In this document: one piece after another, positions 1 through 7,824 of the stretch
Layout of the letters: every line of letters starts with the position of its first letter
How positions within the stretch are numbered: the stretch's first letter is position 1
From: Deltaproteobacteria bacterium
GTDB taxonomy: Bacteria; Myxococcota_A; UBA796; GCA-2862545
NCBI GenBank assembly: GCA_016938035.1
Contig: JAFGVK010000018.1
Span: 1-12,625 of the forward strand
Length of the DNA: 12,625 bases
Reading direction: 5' to 3'
Made by a program: the position numbers and the translations under genes
Notes under the pieces: model-generated
Seen by the model: only the letters and a program-made list of their open reading frames with translations
Told to the model about the DNA's origin: nothing
The model's database searches: none

Positions 1-27
1 CACCATCGAAGACCGACACGGTATGCG

Positions 28-57
28 TTTAGTACAGACGAACTAGTCGCGTAGAAT
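28..57 (+). promoter_or_regulatory. Possible sigma70-type promoter: TTTAGT, 18-nt spacer, TAGAAT, in the only AT-richer patch upstream of the sigma gene
   Basis: Hexamers TTTAGT (28-33) and TAGAAT (52-57) with an 18-nt spacer in a locally lower-GC stretch at the 5' edge of the window. Found by motif inspection only. Confidence 0.2.
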
Positions 58-90
58 GGTGGGTTTTCGCTTGGCCGATCACGAATGCGT

Positions 91-115
91 GGAACCGCAG
101 CGAGGCGACGTGGTC
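91..115 (+). promoter_or_regulatory. ECF-type promoter-like motif GGAAC-N17-GTC, which may autoregulate the downstream ECF sigma gene
   Basis: GGAAC at 91-95 and GTC at 113-115 with a 17-nt spacer resemble the -35/-10 pattern of ECF sigma-dependent promoters. The motif lies inside the longest ORF (start 85), ahead of internal ATGs at 142 and 163. GGAG at 126-129 sits 12 nt before ATG 142. Confidence 0.25.
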
Positions 116-141
116 CAAACGGACATGGAGTCACCTCTCGC

Positions 142-762
142 ATGATCGGGATCTTCCTCGGCATGGTCCTCGGGCCATCAGACGCGGAGCTGGTCGCCCG
201 GTTCAAGGAGGGGGACAGGAGCGCCTATGAAGCGATCATGCGCCGCTATCAGGACACGGTCTACACCCTCGCCCTCCGCTGGATGCGCGACGAGCAGGTT
301 GCTGAAGAGGTGTCGCAGGACATCTTCATCAAGCTGCACAGCGCCCTCCACGACTTCCGGGGCGACGCCACCCTGCGGACGTGGATCTACCGGGTCGCCG
401 TCAACCACTGCAAAAACCGCCGGCTCTACCGCTCTCGCCGCAAGATGGACCAGCACGACCCCCTGGAGGGGCGCAGCCCCGATCCCGACGCGCCGGCCCG
501 CGAGCTGCCCTCCCCGCTGCCCCTTCCAGACCACGATGTGCAGCGCGCCGAGGCCGAGGTGCTCCTCCGCGCGGCCCTCGCGGAGCTGGACCCTGAGCAG
601 CGCCAGATCATCGTGCTGCGCGACGTCGAGGACCTCGACTACCAGGAGATCGCCGACCTCCTCCAGCTCCCCAGAGGCACAGTGAAGTCCCGCCTCCACC
701 GCGCCAGGCAGCAGCTCGCCCAGCGCCTCTCCCTCCGCGTCCAGCCCGAGGACATCGCATAG
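142..762 (+). CDS. RNA polymerase ECF-subfamily sigma-70 factor. Alternative starts are 85 (longest ORF) and 163.
   Basis: Conserved sigma-70 region 2 (ELVARFKEGDRSAYEAIMRRYQDTVYTLALRWMRDEQVAEEVSQDIFIKLHSALHDFRGDATLRTWIYRVAVNHCKN) and region 4 helix-turn-helix (LDPEQRQIIVLRDVEDLDYQEIADLLQLPRGTVKSRLHRARQQL). Alignment to RpoE-type ECF sigmas puts the N-terminus 6-13 residues before ELVARF, which favours ATG 142 or 163 over 85. The stop is fixed at 762. Confidence 0.9.
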   Translation: MIGIFLGMVLGPSDAELVARFKEGDRSAYEAIMRRYQDTVYTLALRWMRDEQVAEEVSQDIFIKLHSALHDFRGDATLRTWIYRVAVNHCKNRRLYRSRRKMDQHDPLEGRSPDPDAPARELPSPLPLPDHDVQRAEAEVLLRAALAELDPEQRQIIVLRDVEDLDYQEIADLLQLPRGTVKSRLHRARQQLAQRLSLRVQPEDIA

Positions 763-764
763 TC

Positions 765-1643
765 ATGGCCGATCACGAGCAACTCAGCGCCTACCTCGAC
801 GACGAGCTCTCCGCTGAAGAGCGCGCGACGGTAGCGTCCGCGCTCGCGGCAGATCCCGAGCTGCGCGCGGAGCTGGAGTCGCTCCGGAGGGCCAGGGCCT
901 TTCTGCTGCTCCACGGGAAGGTCAACGCGCCAGAGGGCTTCACCGAGCGGACCCTCGGGCGCCTGGAGCAAGCGCCCCCGCGCTGGTCGAACCTGGGACG
1001 CAAGCTCGAGACCGCGCTGATGCTCGCCGCCCTGGCCGCCGCGACCCTGCTGGTTGTGCTCAGCGGCTCGGGCTCCGGAGAGCAGACGCGGCCTGGGATG
1101 ATCCAGGTGGTCGCCCCCCCACCCGCGGTGCAGGGGGCAAAGACCGAGGAGGCCGTCGCCCCCGAGAGCTCGGACCCGCCAGTGGAGGACGCGCTGACCA
1201 GCCCGCGGCGCCCGGTGGCGCCCGCACCGCCCCCCACTGCGAAGACTTCCCCCACCGCATCGCCCCTGCCAGGGACGGCCGCGCCAGAGGACCCTGGGTC
1301 CTCGGCCAAGCCGCTGATCCCACTCGCCGCCTCTGCGCCCTTCGCGGCCTACGGGCTTGAGACCTCCGATCCAGAGACCCTGCTGCGCCTGCAGCGCCTG
1401 GTCGCGCACCTGGGGGGGGAGCTGGTGACCGAACGGGGGCAGCCCGTGAGCGCGTCGGGCCTGGATGAGGGCCTGAGCCACCTGGTGATCCGGGTGCCAT
1501 CCAGCGCGCTGGCCGAACTGGACCGGGGCCTCAGGAGCCTGGGACCCGTGCAGAAGCAGGTCTCGAAGGCCGAGATGTTCGTCTCTGGGGAGATCGAGGT
1601 GCCACTCACCGTCAAGCTGTCAGTCGGCACCGACGAAGAGTGA
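765..1643 (+). CDS. Anti-sigma factor, RseA-like. It has an N-terminal anti-sigma domain, one TM helix and a Pro/Ala-rich linker followed by a C-terminal extracytoplasmic domain.
   Basis: Starts 2 nt after the sigma gene stop. The N-terminus HEQLSAYLDDELSAEERATVASALAADPELRAELESL matches the RseA_N/anti-sigma motif (LSAYLDGEL) and lacks the Cys of zinc-binding ZAS. There is a single hydrophobic helix (ALMLAALAAATLLVVLS), then PPPAVQ...PAPPPTAKTSPTASPLPGTAAP linker, then a C-terminal domain of unknown fold. Confidence 0.8.
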   Translation: MADHEQLSAYLDDELSAEERATVASALAADPELRAELESLRRARAFLLLHGKVNAPEGFTERTLGRLEQAPPRWSNLGRKLETALMLAALAAATLLVVLSGSGSGEQTRPGMIQVVAPPPAVQGAKTEEAVAPESSDPPVEDALTSPRRPVAPAPPPTAKTSPTASPLPGTAAPEDPGSSAKPLIPLAASAPFAAYGLETSDPETLLRLQRLVAHLGGELVTERGQPVSASGLDEGLSHLVIRVPSSALAELDRGLRSLGPVQKQVSKAEMFVSGEIEVPLTVKLSVGTDEE

Positions 1644-1723
1644 CGAACCGGGCGGGCCGCTAACGGGACGACCGCCACTCTCGGACGGCACACCCCTTGC
1701 TACCTCCCGCGCGAGGAGGCGCG

Positions 1724-2407
1724 ATGCGGCCAAGAGAGCGGTACAGTCATCTGGGTCCAGGGGTCTTTGGCGACGCGGAGCTGGTGGCGCTGGTGCTGGG
1801 CACCGGCACCTCGCAGCGGGCGGTGGGCGAGATCGCAGCGGGGCTGCTAGCCCGCTTCGAGGACCTGGAGGGGCTGGCGAACGCCCACCCGGGCGAGCTG
1901 GCGCGAGAGGTAGGGGTGGGCCCCGCCAGGGCGGTCAGGCTCCACGCGGCGCTACAGGCGGGGCGCAGGTCGCTGCGGCAGCGCGCGGCGCCCATGCGCG
2001 CGGTGGACAGCGCCGAGCGCGCGCGCGAGCACCTCGCCCCGGCCCTCCGGGGACTGCTCCACGAGGAGCTGCACGCCCTCTACCTCGATCGCAGGCTCCA
2101 GCCCCTCGCCCGGAGGATGCTGACCACGGGCAGCGACGCCTTCACCGTGGTGGATCCGCGTCAGATCTTCCGCGAGGCGCTCCACATCGGCGCCTCGGCG
2201 GTGGTGCTGGCCCACAACCACCCCTCGGGAGACCCCACCCCCTCCTCCCAGGACCTCGAGGTCACCGAGCGGGTCGCCCAGGCAGGGGCGGTGGTGGGCG
2301 TCTCGCTGCTCGATCACCTGATCATCGCAGGAGATCGCTGGCGGTCCCTCGCCACAGAGGGGCTGTTCGTCCCCTCCCGCCGGGCAGGTCCCACATGGAC
2401 CGCCTGA
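1724..2407 (+). CDS. radC: RadC-like JAB/MPN-domain protein (UPF0758 family)
   Basis: N-terminal HhH-like segment ELVALVLGTGTSQRAVGEIAAGLLARFEDLEGLANAHPGELAREVGVGPARAVRLHAALQAGRR. JAB signature ASAVVLAHNHPSGDPTPSSQDLEVTERV...LLDHLII (HNHPSG). ATG at 1724 is preceded by GAGGAGG 4 nt upstream. The ORF track's upstream TTG (1697) is less likely. Confidence 0.88.
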   Translation: MRPRERYSHLGPGVFGDAELVALVLGTGTSQRAVGEIAAGLLARFEDLEGLANAHPGELAREVGVGPARAVRLHAALQAGRRSLRQRAAPMRAVDSAERAREHLAPALRGLLHEELHALYLDRRLQPLARRMLTTGSDAFTVVDPRQIFREALHIGASAVVLAHNHPSGDPTPSSQDLEVTERVAQAGAVVGVSLLDHLIIAGDRWRSLATEGLFVPSRRAGPTWTA

Positions 2408-2434
2408 CGTGATAGCCCAGGCGAGGGAGCGAAC

Positions 2435-3355
2435 ATGGACGTGCTGCGGTTCGAGGGTGTGTCGAGGCGTTTTGGGACCGTGGAGGCGGTGCGCGACCTC
2501 AGCTTCTCGGTGGGCGCCGGGCAGGTCGTGGGGCTGCTCGGTCCAAACGGAGCCGGCAAGACCACCACCCTGCGCCTGCTCACGGGCTCCCTCAGCCCCA
2601 CCCAGGGCCGGGTGTGGCTGAAGGGCCACGACCTGCTGACAGAGGCGCGCGCCGCCCGCAGGCACCTTGGCTACCTCCCCGAGAGCGCGCCGCTCTATCC
2701 CCAGATGCGCCCCGAAGACTGGCTGCGCTTCCTCGGGGCGGTACACCGAATGACCGGGCCGCAGATCAAGCAGGCGATGGATCGGGAGATCGCCAGGCTG
2801 CGGCTGGAGCCGGCGCTTGGCAGGCCGATCGGAACGCTCTCGCGCGGCTTTCGGCAGCGCGTGGGGTTAGCGGGGGCCCTCCTCCACAGCCCCGCGCTCC
2901 TGGTGCTCGACGAGCCCACGCACGGGCTGGATCCCGAGCAGCTGGAGGATCTACGCGGGCTGATCCGCGGGCTTGGGGAGGAGCGGACCGTGGTGCTGTC
3001 CTCTCACCTGCTCCATGAGGTGGAGCGCACCTGCGACCGCGCCCTGGTGCTCCACAGGGGCGCGCTCACCGGGGACATCGCCCTGCGAGGCTCGGCCCAG
3101 GTCTCGCTGGTCCTGGCCGCCCCGCCCAGTGAGGCACAGCTCGCGCTCCTGCGGGGCCTGGAGGGGGTGAGCGCGGTGCGAGCGCGCTACAGCGAGGGCG
3201 AGGAGACCACCCTGGAGGTGCTCCACGAGGGAGATCTGGGGGACGCTCCCTTCCGATGGGCGGCAGCCTCGGGGCTGTGCCTGCTGGAGCTGCGTCGGTC
3301 CCGGGGCGACCTCGAGCGGCGCTTTCACGACCTGACCGGAGCGCCCCATGTCTGA
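2435..3355 (+). CDS. ABC transporter ATP-binding protein (ABC-2 type NBD with C-terminal accessory domain)
   Basis: Walker A GPNGAGKTT, Q-loop, signature LSRGFRQRV, Walker B LLVLDEPTHGLD, H-loop SSHLL. There is a ~90-aa C-terminal extension after the NBD, as in DUF4162-type ABC-2 ATPases. GAGGGAG lies 8 nt before the ATG. Confidence 0.93.
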   Translation: MDVLRFEGVSRRFGTVEAVRDLSFSVGAGQVVGLLGPNGAGKTTTLRLLTGSLSPTQGRVWLKGHDLLTEARAARRHLGYLPESAPLYPQMRPEDWLRFLGAVHRMTGPQIKQAMDREIARLRLEPALGRPIGTLSRGFRQRVGLAGALLHSPALLVLDEPTHGLDPEQLEDLRGLIRGLGEERTVVLSSHLLHEVERTCDRALVLHRGALTGDIALRGSAQVSLVLAAPPSEAQLALLRGLEGVSAVRARYSEGEETTLEVLHEGDLGDAPFRWAAASGLCLLELRRSRGDLERRFHDLTGAPHV

Positions 3356-5255
3356 GCCCCTGCCCACCCTGATCGTTGGCACCGCGGGCCACGTGGATCA
3401 CGGCAAGACCACCCTAATTCGGGCCCTCACCGGCGTAGAGCTGGACACACTCGCCGAGGAGCAGGCCCGAGGCCTGACCATCGCGCTGGGCTTCACCCCG
3501 CTGCGGTTGGGGGACCGCACCCTCGCCCTGGTGGACGCGCCAGGGCACGCCAGCCTGGTGCGGACCATGATCGCAGGCGCGACAGGCCTGGACGCGGCCC
3601 TGCTGGTGATCTCGGCAGAGGAGGGCGTGATGCCGCAGACCCGCGAGCACCTAGCGATCCTCGAGCTGCTAGGGGTGCGCCAGGGGGTGGTCGCCCTCAC
3701 CATGATGGACCGGGTGGATGAGGCGCTGCTGGCGCTGGCGGAGGACGAGGCCCGCGATCTACTCGCTGGCACCGGCCTCGCAGACGCACAGATCGTCCCC
3801 TGCTCTGGGCTCACCGGCGAGGGGATGGAGGCGCTGCGGACCGCGCTCGCCGGACTGCAGGCGCGCGAGCGGCCAGCGGACGGGCCGCTGCGCATCCCGG
3901 TGGACCGGGCGTTCACCCAGCACGGCTTCGGCACAGTGATCACCGGGACGGTCTGGTCAGGGACCCTCTCCGTGGGCGAGAGGATTCGCTTCCTCCCGGG
4001 TGATCTCCGCGGGAGGGTGCGCGCGCTCCAGCGCCACGGCGAGGAAGTGCAGACCCTGCGCGCCGGCTGGCGCGGGGCGGTGAACGTGGCAGACGTCGCG
4101 GCCGAGGCGATCGCGCAAGGCAGCACCCTGGTCCGGGCAGAGCTGCCGGTCACGTCCATCCTAGACCTGTGGTACCGCCACCTCCCCAGCGGCCCCCCGC
4201 TGCCCTACGGGGCGGAGGTGCGTGTGCTGCTCGGGACCCGCGCGGTGACTGGTCACGCATTCCCCACCGGACCCGGGGACGCGGCGACAGGCGGGACGGA
4301 GGTCCCGATGCAGGTGCGCCTGCGGGAGCCGATGGTGGCGCTCCCCGGTGACCGGGTGATCCTGCGGCGCCCCTCACCCGCGCTGACCCTGGGCGGAGGG
4401 GTGGTGCTGGACCCTTGGGCACCGCGCCTGCGCTCCCGTGAGGCCCACGCCGCGCAGCTCACCCGGCTCCGACGAGGAGACCACCGCGTGTTCCTAGAGC
4501 GCGCCGGAGAGCAGGGGCTGCTCCCGGCTCAGTGGCAGCTCCTGGGCGGCAGGCCAGATCAGGCCACCGCCCTGGGGCGGCGGGTGTACGCACAGGGCAC
4601 CGTGGCGCGCCTGCAGGGGCTGGTGCTGGACCAGCTCCTAGCGCTCCACCTCGCCCACCCGCTGGCGCTAGGGTTTCCGCCCAGGTCGCTGCGCACCCCC
4701 CGCACCGCCCACCTGCCGGACGACGCACTCGACGCGATGGTAGAGGCGCTGATCCGCGCCGGCGCAGCGGCGCTGCGGGGGGAGCTGCTCCAGCTCGCTG
4801 GGCACGAGGTCCAGCTGTCAGGCGCCCAGCAGGCGCTGCGAAACCTGCTGCTCACCCGGGCAAGAGAGGCTGGGATAGAGGGTGTCACCCGCCACGACCT
4901 GTCCTCCCTCTCTCCGGATCAAGATCTGCCCGCTATCGCACACCTCTGCGAGCGCCAGGGTGAGCTGACGCCCATCCCCGATCTGGGGTGGGTGTCTCGT
5001 GAGGTCCCAGCCCAGATCGTCGCGGCGGTCCGCGGCTGGTTCGCCGACCATCGCACCATGAGCCTCGCGGAGTTCAAGGCGGCGACGGGGCTCACCAGGA
5101 GGCCGCTGATCGCGTGGCTGGAGTGGTTGGATCACGCGCGCTGGACCGTGCGCAGCGGCGATGTCCGCGAGCCTGGCCCCGGCCTGCGCGGGAAGGCCGC
5201 TCCAGAGTCCCTTGAGGCCACTTCTGGTGGCAAAAGGGCTGCCCGCCAACCGTGA
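3348..5255 (+). CDS. selB: Selenocysteine-specific translation elongation factor SelB
   Basis: GTPase motifs G1 GTAGHVDHGKTTL, G2 region EEQARGLTI, G3 DAPGH. Beta-barrel domain II segments (IPVDRAFTQHGFGTVITGTVWSGTLSVGERI). The long C-terminal part (total 635 aa, similar to E. coli SelB at 614 aa) ends in winged-helix-like segments (SLAEFKAATGLTRRPLIAWLEWLD). Its start overlaps the ABC gene stop as ATGtcTGA. Confidence 0.9.
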   Translation: MSEPLPTLIVGTAGHVDHGKTTLIRALTGVELDTLAEEQARGLTIALGFTPLRLGDRTLALVDAPGHASLVRTMIAGATGLDAALLVISAEEGVMPQTREHLAILELLGVRQGVVALTMMDRVDEALLALAEDEARDLLAGTGLADAQIVPCSGLTGEGMEALRTALAGLQARERPADGPLRIPVDRAFTQHGFGTVITGTVWSGTLSVGERIRFLPGDLRGRVRALQRHGEEVQTLRAGWRGAVNVADVAAEAIAQGSTLVRAELPVTSILDLWYRHLPSGPPLPYGAEVRVLLGTRAVTGHAFPTGPGDAATGGTEVPMQVRLREPMVALPGDRVILRRPSPALTLGGGVVLDPWAPRLRSREAHAAQLTRLRRGDHRVFLERAGEQGLLPAQWQLLGGRPDQATALGRRVYAQGTVARLQGLVLDQLLALHLAHPLALGFPPRSLRTPRTAHLPDDALDAMVEALIRAGAAALRGELLQLAGHEVQLSGAQQALRNLLLTRAREAGIEGVTRHDLSSLSPDQDLPAIAHLCERQGELTPIPDLGWVSREVPAQIVAAVRGWFADHRTMSLAEFKAATGLTRRPLIAWLEWLDHARWTVRSGDVREPGPGLRGKAAPESLEATSGGKRAARQP

Positions 5256-5306
5256 TCTGTTATGGTGTGGTCTCGGAGCACCCTTACCCGCTTCGGAGGT
5301 CTCTCG

Positions 5307-5951
5307 ATGCGTCTCCTCGCCGCGCTCCTATTGGGACTCGCCCCGGCACTCGCGGCCGCTACATGCCCAGAGTACGCCCAAGATCCTTCGCTGCTCGTAG
5401 AACTGGAAGGTTCGGCGGGCCGCGGCGCCCTGGACAAGGAACAGGTCCAGTGCCTGGAGGACAACTACCAGGCGGCAAAGCTCCAGACGACCAAGGACAA
5501 GATCTCTCGCGTCCTGATGGTCAACGCCTATGCCTACCAGACCTCCTGGTGGGCGGAGCTGGTCCAGCGGCACCTGAACGAGGTCGACAGGTCTGACCCC
5601 AACGTGGCCTACCTGTACTCGTTCTATCTGTTCAACCAGGAGACCCCTGACTACGAGGCGGTCATCAAGTGGACAGAGGTCGCGCTGGAGCGAAAGCAGG
5701 ACTGGACCGGTGATCTCCACGTTCACCGTGTCACCAAGCTGCTCCAGGCCCGCACCTACGCCGCCTACAAGCAGTGGGAGATCGCCGAGAACAACCGCGA
5801 TCTGCGCAACGCTGACGAGATCCGAAACCGTACCAAGACCTTCGCGCGCGAGTGGCTGGATTTTTCCCGCAGCTCCGGCGGAGACACCACCCAAGCCGCG
5901 GAATTCTGCGTCAGCGTCTCCAGCGCGCACGCCTGCGGCCTCGACGACTAG
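5307..5951 (+). CDS. Secreted hypothetical protein (signal peptide, helical, 5 Cys)
   Basis: ATG 5307 has GGAGG 7 nt upstream. N-terminus MRLLAALLLGLAPALAAATC is a signal peptide, with a weak lipobox-like AATC. Coding-like GC3 bias. I recognise no homolog. The ORF-track start at 5262 lacks an RBS. Confidence 0.6.
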   Translation: MRLLAALLLGLAPALAAATCPEYAQDPSLLVELEGSAGRGALDKEQVQCLEDNYQAAKLQTTKDKISRVLMVNAYAYQTSWWAELVQRHLNEVDRSDPNVAYLYSFYLFNQETPDYEAVIKWTEVALERKQDWTGDLHVHRVTKLLQARTYAAYKQWEIAENNRDLRNADEIRNRTKTFAREWLDFSRSSGGDTTQAAEFCVSVSSAHACGLDD

Positions 5952-6522
5952 CGCCTACCGCGCGATCTCCTCGACGAGGCAGCCCAAACAGCCGCCTCCC
6001 CGCGCTGGGGCGTGGCCCCGATCCCCGAACGACCAGCGCTCTGGCGCGACGGTCCAGAGGGTGCCCGTGGCAGAAGGCGGAGGTCTCGCCAGCGTCCAAG
6101 GCTGCCTTGTCGGGCGACGCGCCGACAGCGCCGCGGCAGCCGCCGGCGCGGTCCGTCTCACCCACAAAACACGACAACACCGACAAGGTCGGTAGGATCG
6201 CCGCTGCCCCCTCCTCACCGCCGCAGGCTGGTGCGGGGACCCCACAGGGGGGACTCACGGGGCGCGGGAGGGTGGGCCCAAGGGCTCTCCCGCCGGGGTG
6301 AAGACCAGCCCACCCTCACCAAGAGGCGCCCGGCGCCGCTCGGGACGGGGGCAGTCGACGCCCCGTCCGCCTCCCACAGGGAGCGCTCGTCAAGGGCGCC
6401 AGCGCCCTGCACCCCTCCACGTCGCGGCCCGTCACCCTTGGCCAGCGGCGCGCCCCATGAAGCCCCCGGGGCAACGGTTGGAGCCCACTTGAGCCGCTGT
6501 GCCTGGGGCACAGGCGCCCAGG

Positions 6523-7623
6523 TCAGGGACCGAGGTTGATCGACAGGGCCACCCCGCCGCGCATCGCGATCTTGTTGGTAGAGGACCCAGTGGCGTCACC
6601 GATCAGCTCGCACCTGGGGCAGTAGCCCACCCCCGCGTTGGCATCGAGCGAGACCAGCCCGTCGGCCAGGGCCAGCCCAAGCCCCGCGCTCTCCAGTCCC
6701 AGCCCGAGGCTCACTCCGTCCATGTACATCTTGGCGCTGTCGATCTCTGCCTGGCTCGCACCCACCGGGGGAAGCGGCGCCCACACCAGCGCGCCGTACT
6801 GAAGATCCGCGTAGAACCCTGGGACCCCACTGGGGACAGGATATCCGCGCACCCCGCCAGAGAACGAGGGGGTGAACAGGGCGGGGTCTACACCGCCAGC
6901 GGTCACCAGCGCAAACCTGGGGTGCTCACGCGCCTCGCGGACCACCACCCCCACACCCCACTGGAGGAATTGGATGGGGCCGACCTCTATGGACACACCG
7001 TAAACAGAGCCCCGCTGCGCCGCGGCCTCCTCGCGCTGCGCCTTCTTGGACGCCCCCTGGAGCACCTGAGCCTCTGCCAACAGGTTCAGCTCCCGAGCTT
7101 GGATGCGGGGCGTCACGTCGAGGTCGTAGTCACCGAAGGTGTACAGCCCGTTGGGGAGGAAGCCCACGAACTGGCCGTCCTCGTCGACGCGCGCCTGGGC
7201 AAATTCTATCGCGCGCACCTGCCCCGCCTCGAAGGGGAGCTCGTTGGGGATCAGCGCGTGGATCCCCGGAAGGGTGTAGAGCTCCACCGCGCCGTAGTTC
7301 TTCTCGATCTCCGAGAGCCAGTCCGCCGCCTCGCGATCGGGGCGCACATCGAGTGCGGCCTGGAGACGCTCCTTCACCTCGACGATATTTCCCGCGTCGC
7401 GCGCAGCATGGGCACCGTACAGGTGGTCCTCGTAGGAGATGTCCACCCCCAGCTCAAGACAGCGCTGGTAGCTCCGCTCAACCCCGTCCCAAGACCCGCG
7501 TGTCGACAGGCGCTCCATCTCTGAAGAGAGGCGCGCGTACTCTGATTGCGAGTCTGCGAAGGCCAAGCTGACGGTGAGCAGGACGAAGGTCAGCACAAAG
7601 AACTCCCATCTACGAGGGCCCAT
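6523..7623 (-). CDS. Secreted hypothetical protein (signal peptide, N-terminal helical region, beta-rich C-terminal half, possibly outer-membrane associated)
   Basis: 366-aa ORF with a classic signal peptide MGPRRWEFFVLTFVLLTVSLAFA|DSQ. The C-terminal half is rich in G/V/A alternating segments (GVSLGLGLESAGLGLALADGLVSLDANAGVGY...ALSINLGP). No family recognised. Confidence 0.65.
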   Translation of the reverse strand: MGPRRWEFFVLTFVLLTVSLAFADSQSEYARLSSEMERLSTRGSWDGVERSYQRCLELGVDISYEDHLYGAHAARDAGNIVEVKERLQAALDVRPDREAADWLSEIEKNYGAVELYTLPGIHALIPNELPFEAGQVRAIEFAQARVDEDGQFVGFLPNGLYTFGDYDLDVTPRIQARELNLLAEAQVLQGASKKAQREEAAAQRGSVYGVSIEVGPIQFLQWGVGVVVREAREHPRFALVTAGGVDPALFTPSFSGGVRGYPVPSGVPGFYADLQYGALVWAPLPPVGASQAEIDSAKMYMDGVSLGLGLESAGLGLALADGLVSLDANAGVGYCPRCELIGDATGSSTNKIAMRGGVALSINLGP

Positions 7624-7824
7624 CCTCGCCCATAGGGCTGAAGGAGGAAAGGGGGAAGAATGGCCCCTTGGATTCGACGCATATCACCCTGACTCCCAGG
7701 ACGCATCGACTCCACCCCCTGCAGGCGATCGCTCTTGCCCAAGGGGCAGGTTGACCCTCGCCCCGTCGCCTGACGGCCCTCGTCAGGATAGGGAAGGCCA
7801 CCATCTTCAACGAGGACACACACC

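Noticed and set aside
1413-1420. G8 tract inside the anti-sigma gene and C7 at 1114-1120
   Set aside because: Short enough to be unremarkable at this GC content. Only the G11 tract at 10915 stands out.
639-1693. Minus-strand ORFs (280, 172, 146, 114 aa) opposite the sigma/anti-sigma genes
   Set aside because: Shadow ORFs with Arg/Pro/Gly-rich junk translations. The + strand genes have clear domain signatures.
1952-2746. 264-aa minus-strand ORF opposite radC and the ABC gene
   Set aside because: Spans two well-supported + strand genes and their intergenic region. No motifs.
3398-4159. 253-aa minus-strand ORF and other nested ORFs inside selB
   Set aside because: Ser/Arg/Ala-rich shadows. 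SelB GTPase motifs are in the + frame.
6012-6539. 175-aa and other Arg-rich ORFs in the 5952-6522 intergenic region
   Set aside because: Extremely Arg/Pro-rich with no start context and no hydrophobic core pattern. Most likely non-coding high-GC sequence.
7660-7685. tRNA-like T-loop fragment (ggattcgac)
   Set aside because: No flanking acceptor or T-stem complementarity and no cloverleaf can be drawn. This is a chance match in the aspS 5' region.
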